A stretch of DNA of 64,000 nucleotides from an uncultured Roseibium sp. (GTDB lineage Bacteria > Pseudomonadota > Alphaproteobacteria > Rhizobiales > Stappiaceae): positions 242,692-306,691 of the forward strand of contig NZ_CANMFD010000001.1 in the NCBI RefSeq assembly GCF_947496995.1, in the 5' to 3' direction. Both the position numbers and the translations under genes were made by a program. The stretch's first letter is position 1. Every line of letters starts with the position of its first letter. A model generated the notes under the pieces. It was not told the DNA's origin and made no database searches. It was given only the letters and a program-made list of their open reading frames with translations. Below are positions 58,388-64,000 of this stretch, piece after piece.

Positions 58388-59143
58388 ATGTGGCAGCGTC
58401 AGTTCGGCGGTAAACGTGTGCTGGTGACCGGGGCCGCCAGCGGGATCGGCCGCCGCATCGCCGAGCGCTTTTGCGAGGCCGGTGCGGAGGTCGTCGGACT
58501 GGACCGGCAGCCAGGAGAACCGGGCCTGCCGTTCCGGCTCGTTCAGCTCGATGTCACCGATGCGGAGCAGGTGGCCGATGTCTGCAACGCGCTCAAGACC
58601 GACATTGATCGCCTGGATATCCTGGTCAATGCGGCGGGCGTTCTGAGAACCGGTGCGGCCGAAGACCTGACGCCGGAAGACTGGCAGGCCTGTTTTGCCG
58701 TCAACGCAAGCGGTCCGTTTTATCTGCTCCGGCAGTGGATCCCGGTGTTCAAGGCACAACGCGCGGGCGCCATCGTCAACATCGCGTCGAACGCGGCACA
58801 TGTGCCGCGCACCGGCATGACCGCCTACTGCGCCTCGAAGGCGGCCATGGCCAGCCTCAGTCACTGTATCGGCCTCGAACTGGCGCCTTATGGCGTCCGT
58901 TGCAATGTCGTCTCGCCGGGGTCGACGGATACGCCGATGCTCAGCAACATGGTCGGCGGCAGTGCCGGATATCAGCGGCTGGTTTCGGGCCTGCCCGACC
59001 AGTTCAAGCTCGGCATACCCCTCGCCAAGATAGCGACCAGCGACGATATCGCCGAAACGGCCCTGTTCCTTGCTTCCGATCTGGCCGGCCACATCACCCT
59101 TCAGGACATCGTGGTGGATGGAGGGGCAACCCTCGGAGCCTAG
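58388..59143 (+). CDS. entA: 2,3-dihydro-2,3-dihydroxybenzoate dehydrogenase
   Basis: SDR with VLVTGAASGIGR and YCASKAA. Position after entB. Start at ATG 58388 behind AAGGGAGAG. Confidence 0.85.
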   Translation: MWQRQFGGKRVLVTGAASGIGRRIAERFCEAGAEVVGLDRQPGEPGLPFRLVQLDVTDAEQVADVCNALKTDIDRLDILVNAAGVLRTGAAEDLTPEDWQACFAVNASGPFYLLRQWIPVFKAQRAGAIVNIASNAAHVPRTGMTAYCASKAAMASLSHCIGLELAPYGVRCNVVSPGSTDTPMLSNMVGGSAGYQRLVSGLPDQFKLGIPLAKIATSDDIAETALFLASDLAGHITLQDIVVDGGATLGA

Positions 59144-59196
59144 GGCCCCTGGCCCGCATGAAAAAAGCCCTGTGGAATTCACCCGGGCGCATTCCG

Positions 59197-59211
59197 GAAT
59201 TTCAGAAATTC
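59197..59211. promoter_or_regulatory. perfect 15-bp palindrome GAATTTC-A-GAAATTC upstream of the O-methyltransferase gene
   Basis: Seen directly. Lies 24 nt before ATG 59235, in the 91-bp gap after entA. Confidence 0.35.
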
Positions 59212-59234
59212 ATCAGCCAAAAAGGATTGCGTAA

Positions 59235-60278
59235 ATGTCCGCACCCCAAGCAGTTTCACAAGATCAGTCGGCCGCTATGCCGCCGTTCAAGCTGATGGCG
59301 CAGATCACGGCCTATCGCACGTCCCAATGTATCCGGGCCCTGGTCGAACTCGGCATTCCCGCACTTCTGGAGCAGGACGCAAGGTCGGTGGAAGACCTCG
59401 CGCAGGCAACCGGGACGCAGCCCGGTCTGCTCGACCGGCTGCTGAACCACCTCGTCAACGAGGAGGTCATCGGCAAGGATGACGAGGGCCGTTACATAGC
59501 GCTGCCTGTCACCGTCCACCTGGTGCCCGGACACCCGCGGAGCCTGAGCAACTGGGTCGCCTGTGAACTCGATCCGCTCCTGTGGCGCTCCTGGGAGAAC
59601 CTCACCGAACAGCTGCGGTCCGGAACAACGGCTTTCGACCTGGCCCACGGGTCTGCTTTTTTCGAATGGCACGCACAGGACAGCGAGGCCCAGAAGCGTT
59701 TCGACGACCAGATGAATGGCGCTTCGCGCGGCATAGGCGCCGTTGTCGTCCAGACCCTGCAGTTCGAACCGGGCACGAGGCTGACGGATGTCGGCGGAGG
59801 CAACGGCTCGTTCCTGGCCCAGACGCTGGAAAAAAATCCGGGAACCGAGGGCATCCTGTTCGAACTGCCGCGATCTTCCGAAGACTTCGACCCGTTGTTC
59901 GAGGAGATGCAGCGGCAGGGCCGGGCAACCGTTACCAACGGATCGTTTTTCGAAAGCGTTCCCGGCGGCGCGGATGTTTACCTGTTCAGCCGTGTCTTTC
60001 ACGACTTCAACGATGAGGCGGCGACGCTGATCCTGAAGAACACCAGACGCGCCCTCGCCGGAGGCGAGCGCCTGCTGCTGATCGACATGATGGCCAATGA
60101 TGCGCAGGCCGGAGCACGCGGGTCCTCGCAGGACATCTTCATGCTCACGCAGCTCGGCGGGCGGGAGCGGACGGCAGAAGAATTTTCCGGTCTTCTTGCC
60201 AAATCCGGGTTCGAGACGCTATCCGTCACACCAACGGCAAGCCCGGTCAGCATCTTGGAGTTTCGCCCGGCGGTTTGA
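59235..60278 (+). CDS. class I SAM-dependent O-methyltransferase (Methyltransf_2 / COMT-like with N-terminal winged-helix dimerisation domain)
   Basis: 347 aa. LTDVGGGNGSF SAM motif. N-terminal LVELGIPALL…VEDLA dimerisation-type segment. C-terminal DVYLFSRVFHDFNDE. Confidence 0.8.
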   Translation: MSAPQAVSQDQSAAMPPFKLMAQITAYRTSQCIRALVELGIPALLEQDARSVEDLAQATGTQPGLLDRLLNHLVNEEVIGKDDEGRYIALPVTVHLVPGHPRSLSNWVACELDPLLWRSWENLTEQLRSGTTAFDLAHGSAFFEWHAQDSEAQKRFDDQMNGASRGIGAVVVQTLQFEPGTRLTDVGGGNGSFLAQTLEKNPGTEGILFELPRSSEDFDPLFEEMQRQGRATVTNGSFFESVPGGADVYLFSRVFHDFNDEAATLILKNTRRALAGGERLLLIDMMANDAQAGARGSSQDIFMLTQLGGRERTAEEFSGLLAKSGFETLSVTPTASPVSILEFRPAV

Positions 60279-60384
60279 CACCGGGGTGCTGGTCTGTCAC
60301 GCGACGTCTGGAAACCGGGGCATGCGCTTCTTCGCCTGAAGATGTGGCCGATGGTTCGGCCACATGCAATTTGGACATGGACAC

Positions 60385-61482
60385 ATGATCGAGACCCCCT
60401 ATTACCTGATCGACAAGGCAGGCCTGCTCCGCAATCTGGAGAAGATCGCCTACGTGCGCGAACGCTCGGGCGCCAGGGCGCTTCTGGCGTTGAAGTGCTT
60501 TGCAACGTGGTGCGTGTTCGACTTCATGCGCGACTATATGGACGGAACCACCTCGTCTTCTCTGAACGAGGTCCGGCTCGGCCATGAGCGTTTCGGCAAG
60601 GAGACACATGCCTATTCGGTCGCCTATGCCGACTATGAGATCGACGAGGTGATTTCCCATGCGGACAAGATCATCTTCAATTCGATCAGCCAGCTGGAGC
60701 GGTTCGCCGGAAAGTCCGCGGGCATCGTGCGCGGGCTGCGTCTCAATCCTCAGGTGAGCTCATCCAGCTTCGATCTGGCCGATCCCGCCCGCCCGTTCTC
60801 GCGCCTTGGCGAGTGGGATGCGGCGAAGGTGGCCAAGGTCATGGACCGGATCAGCGGCTTCATGATCCACAACAACTGCGAGAATTCCGACTTCGCGCTG
60901 TTCGACAGAATGCTCACGGACATAGAGGCGAAATTCGGCGCGCTGCTGGAACAGGCCGAATGGGTCAGCCTCGGCGGAGGCATTCATTTTACCGGCGAGA
61001 ACTATCCGCTGGACCTGTTCGCTGACCGGCTGAAAGCGTTTTCGGAGAAATATGGCGTCCAGGTTTACCTGGAGCCGGGCGAAGCTGCGATCACCAACTC
61101 CACGACGCTGGAGACAACCGTGCTGGACACGCTGTTCAACGGCAAGAACCTCGCGATCGTCGATGCGTCCATCGAAGCGCATATGCTTGATCTTCTGATC
61201 TACCGCGAAAGCGCAAAGGTCGCGCCGAACACGGGCGACCACCCCTACATGATTTGCGGCAAGTCCTGCCTTGCCGGCGACATTTTCGGGGAGTTCAGCT
61301 TCCCCGAAGACCTCAAGACCGGTGACCGTGTGTCCATTCAGGATGCGGCCGGTTACACGATGGTAAAGAAGAACTGGTTCAACGGCGTGAAAATGCCGGC
61401 CATCGCGGTGAAGGAACTGGACGGGTCCATGACGTCCGTCCGCGAATTCACCTACCGGGATTACGAACAAAGTCTGTCCTGA
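60385..61482 (+). CDS. nspC: carboxynorspermidine/carboxyspermidine decarboxylase
   Basis: MIETPYYLIDKAGLLRNLE, ALKCFA (PLP Lys region), and ICGKSCLAGD near the C-terminus. An alternative ATG at 60364 lies inside a hairpin. Confidence 0.85.
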   Translation: MIETPYYLIDKAGLLRNLEKIAYVRERSGARALLALKCFATWCVFDFMRDYMDGTTSSSLNEVRLGHERFGKETHAYSVAYADYEIDEVISHADKIIFNSISQLERFAGKSAGIVRGLRLNPQVSSSSFDLADPARPFSRLGEWDAAKVAKVMDRISGFMIHNNCENSDFALFDRMLTDIEAKFGALLEQAEWVSLGGGIHFTGENYPLDLFADRLKAFSEKYGVQVYLEPGEAAITNSTTLETTVLDTLFNGKNLAIVDASIEAHMLDLLIYRESAKVAPNTGDHPYMICGKSCLAGDIFGEFSFPEDLKTGDRVSIQDAAGYTMVKKNWFNGVKMPAIAVKELDGSMTSVREFTYRDYEQSLS

Positions 61483-61529
61483 GACCTGAACCCACACCCC
61501 CTCAAGTTCCAAGGAAGGTATAGGATCAC

Positions 61530-62768
61530 ATGAGAAAAAATGTTCTCATTATCGGCGCCGGAGGTGTCGCACAGGTGGTGGCGCACAAATGCGCACAGAA
61601 CAACGATGTTCTCGGCGATATTCACATCGCCTCGCGCACCGGGTCCAAGTGCGATGACATCATCAAGTCAGTTCATGAGAAGAACGCGCTGAAACAGCCC
61701 GGTGTCCTCGAAGGGCATGAGTTGAACGCCCTCGACATTGACGCCACTGCAGAGCTGATCCGCAAGACCGGGTCCCAGATCGTCATCAATGTGGGCACCG
61801 CTTTTCTGAACATGTCGGTGCTCAGCGCCTGCCTCAAGACCGGTGCGGCCTATATCGACACGGCCATTCACGAAGAGCCGGGCAAGATCTGCGAGACTCC
61901 GCCCTGGTACGCGAACTATGAATGGAAGCGCGCCGAGGAGTGCGAAAAGGCAGGCGTGACCGCCATTCTCGGAGCCGGGTTCGACCCCGGTGTGGTCAAC
62001 GCCTATGCGCGTCTTGCCAAGGACGATTATCTCGACAAGGTCACCGAGGTCGACATTGTCGACATCAATGCGGGCAGCCACCAGCAGTATTTCGCCACCA
62101 ATTTCGATCCGGAGATCAACTTCCGCGAATTCACCGGCACGGTCTACTCCTGGCAGAAGGGAAAATGGCAGGAGAACAGCATGTTCGAGATCGGCAAGGA
62201 ATATGACCTGCCGGTCGTCGGCAAGAGCAAGGCCTATCTCTGCGGCCATGACGAGGTGCATTCCCTGTCGAAGAACATGGACGGCGCGGATGTGCGCTTC
62301 TGGATGGGGTTCGGCGAACACTATATCAACGTCTTCACCGTCCTGAAGAACATCGGCCTGCTGTCGGAAAAGCCGGTCACCACCGCGGAAGGGCTGGAAG
62401 TGGTGCCGCTGAAAGTGGTCAAGGCCTGCCTGCCGGATCCGTCGTCGCTGGCGCCCGAATACACTGGCAAGACCTGCATCGGCGACTTCGTCAAGGGCAT
62501 CAAGGACGGCAAGGAACACGAGGTGTTCATCTACAACGTTGCCGATCACAAGGAAGCTTATGAGGAAGTCGGCAGCCAGGGCATCTCCTATACGGCCGGC
62601 GTGCCGCCGGTTGCGGCAGCAATGCTGATCGCCACCGGCGAATGGGACGTGAAGAAGATGGCCAACGTGGAAGAACTGCCGCCGCATCCCTTCCTCGCCA
62701 TCCTCAACCGGATCGGCCTGCCGACCCGAATCAGGGACGCCGACGGCGACCGGGCGATCGAATTCTGA
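61530..62768 (+). CDS. carboxynorspermidine/carboxyspermidine dehydrogenase (saccharopine dehydrogenase family)
   Basis: VLIIGAGGVAQVVAHK Rossmann motif, 412 aa. Typical pairing with nspC. Confidence 0.85.
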   Translation: MRKNVLIIGAGGVAQVVAHKCAQNNDVLGDIHIASRTGSKCDDIIKSVHEKNALKQPGVLEGHELNALDIDATAELIRKTGSQIVINVGTAFLNMSVLSACLKTGAAYIDTAIHEEPGKICETPPWYANYEWKRAEECEKAGVTAILGAGFDPGVVNAYARLAKDDYLDKVTEVDIVDINAGSHQQYFATNFDPEINFREFTGTVYSWQKGKWQENSMFEIGKEYDLPVVGKSKAYLCGHDEVHSLSKNMDGADVRFWMGFGEHYINVFTVLKNIGLLSEKPVTTAEGLEVVPLKVVKACLPDPSSLAPEYTGKTCIGDFVKGIKDGKEHEVFIYNVADHKEAYEEVGSQGISYTAGVPPVAAAMLIATGEWDVKKMANVEELPPHPFLAILNRIGLPTRIRDADGDRAIEF

Positions 62769-62815
62769 TTTCCTGGTCACCTGTTCCGGCCCAGGCTGAG
62801 GGCCCTCAATAAAAA

Positions 62816-62848
62816 GCGCCTGCATACCCTTGGTATGCAGGCGCTTTT
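62816..62848. terminator. bidirectional rho-independent terminator
   Basis: Perfect 12-bp stem GCGCCTGCATAC / GTATGCAGGCGC with a 5-nt loop. Flanked by AAAAA (62811-62815) and TTTT (62845-62848), between convergent genes. Confidence 0.85.
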
Positions 62849-62869
62849 GTGTTTCAGGTTCCGCCTGTT

Positions 62870-64000
62870 CTAGAAAGTAGCCTTCGCACCGATGCCGAAC
62901 ATGCGCGGTTCCGTCATGATCGCGAAGTTGGCAACACCTGGCCGGTTTTCCATGTAGGTCGGAACACGCTCGTCGAAAATGTTGTTCACGTAGCCATAGA
63001 TCTGGAAGTGGTCGTGGACCTGGAAAGTCGCACGGGCATTGGCGATCGTATAGGGATCCACCTGAAGCGCCGGTGTGTTGAGATCGTCGGAATAATAGCC
63101 ATCGAAATGTTCGACATTCGCCGAGAGCGTCAGCCTTTCCATGACGGTCCAGTCCACTCCGGCACCGATCGTATATCCCGGGGCCTTGCTGAATTCGTTG
63201 CCTTCCACGTTGGGAAGCGTATCGAATTGCGTGATTTCGCTCTGCATCACGCCGGCGTTCGCGTTGACGCGCAGGTTGTCCAGGATCTGGTAGCTCATCG
63301 CAAGTTCAAGACCGTAGGCATGCGCCTCCTCCGCGTTCAGCGTCAGCAACTGGGTCACGCTGCTGCCCGGAAGGGTGGTCTGGAAATACCGCTGGGAGTC
63401 CTGGTAGTCCGTGTAGAACACGTTAGCCGAGACAAGCAGCGCGTCGTCCAGCAGGTTGGCGCGGCCGAAGATCTCATAGTTCCAGGACGTTTCCTCCTTG
63501 AACGGACGCGCCGTGCCGCTGAAGAAATCGAAGCCGACCCCGCCGGGGTTGAAACCGCGGTTCACCAGGCCGCCAACGGTCACGTCGGGCGTGATGTTGT
63601 AGGCAAGCGCGATCTTTGGCAGAAGCGCGTTGAAAGTCTCGTCATAATCGAAACTCACCGGCACGGCGCCCGCCGTCGTCGACTGACCTTCGCGCTTGAT
63701 CCGGTCGCTCTCGAAGCGCAGTCCGCCCGTCAGCGTCCAGGCCTCATTGATGCGGTAGTCGAGCTCGGTGAAGACACCCAGGTTGGTTTTGGAATCTTCG
63801 AAGTCCGGCGACCCGTTGTAGGGCAGCAGCAGGCTTTCATCCGAGTGGGTATAAGAGCCATAGAGACCGGCGACACCGCTGATCGTGCTGTCCGCGCTGC
63901 CGAAATTCACCAGTGTCTCGTTCGACCAGTTCTGCTGGTCGATCTTTGCGTCGCCATTGCCGACGGGATCCAGGCTGCGGTCCACATAGAGATCGGTATA
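62870..64000 (-). CDS. TonB-dependent outer-membrane receptor, C-terminal beta-barrel part (5' end beyond window)
   Basis: Alternating beta-strand pattern with terminal …FGIGAKATF (C-terminal Phe). The reading frame is open to the window edge. Confidence 0.8.
   Translation of the reverse strand, partial: YTDLYVDRSLDPVGNGDAKIDQQNWSNETLVNFGSADSTISGVAGLYGSYTHSDESLLLPYNGSPDFEDSKTNLGVFTELDYRINEAWTLTGGLRFESDRIKREGQSTTAGAVPVSFDYDETFNALLPKIALAYNITPDVTVGGLVNRGFNPGGVGFDFFSGTARPFKEETSWNYEIFGRANLLDDALLVSANVFYTDYQDSQRYFQTTLPGSSVTQLLTLNAEEAHAYGLELAMSYQILDNLRVNANAGVMQSEITQFDTLPNVEGNEFSKAPGYTIGAGVDWTVMERLTLSANVEHFDGYYSDDLNTPALQVDPYTIANARATFQVHDHFQIYGYVNNIFDERVPTYMENRPGVANFAIMTEPRMFGIGAKATF

Overview
High-GC (roughly 60%) bacterial chromosomal window. 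Gene content suggests an alphaproteobacterium, but the taxon cannot be verified from sequence alone. I support about 55 CDSs. I found no rRNA, tRNA, CRISPR array, transposase or integrase. All family calls rest on motif recognition in the supplied translations, not on database searches. Layout: (1) 0.1-4.7 kb holds glutaryl-CoA catabolism (FAD oxidoreductase, gcdH, LysR regulator) and a YegS-like lipid kinase. (2) 4.7-16.6 kb is a surface-glycan island. It contains a seven-gene translationally coupled CDP-hexose operon (rfbF, rfbG, RmlC-like cupin, TylC3-class C-methyltransferase, LbH acyltransferase, SDR reductase, CmcI-type methyltransferase). It also has four glycosyltransferases, a sulfotransferase and an FkbM methyltransferase. 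(3) 16.7-24 kb holds acyl-CoA synthetase, SDR, an ACAD10/11-type dehydrogenase and an APH-like kinase. This gene set matches levulinate/4-hydroxyacid (lva-type) catabolism and sits next to a FadJ-like enzyme. (4) trmO is followed by an AT-rich 586 bp spacer, then a PotABCD-like ABC importer and a creatinase. (5) 31.5-36.5 kb is, in my view, the most unusual locus. It is a SiaABC/RsbUVW-like partner-switching module (Cache-HAMP-PP2C phosphatase, GHKL kinase, small STAS-like protein). A degenerate second copy precedes it, in which the STAS-like domain is fused to a SAM methyltransferase. No sigma factor or GGDEF target is present. (6) 36.7-38.4 kb holds an Amidoligase_2-type ligase translationally coupled to a peptidase C26 hydrolase. 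(7) 38.4-64 kb is a catecholate-oxazoline-polyamine siderophore cluster of the vibriobactin/agrobactin family. It has entCEBA, a VibH-like condensation enzyme and a VibF-like NRPS split into three proteins. It also has ornithine decarboxylase plus carboxy(nor)spermidine dehydrogenase/decarboxylase, an unexpected O-methyltransferase, a FecBCDE-like importer and a TonB-dependent receptor. A TGA-N9-TCA palindrome lies in the divergent promoter.
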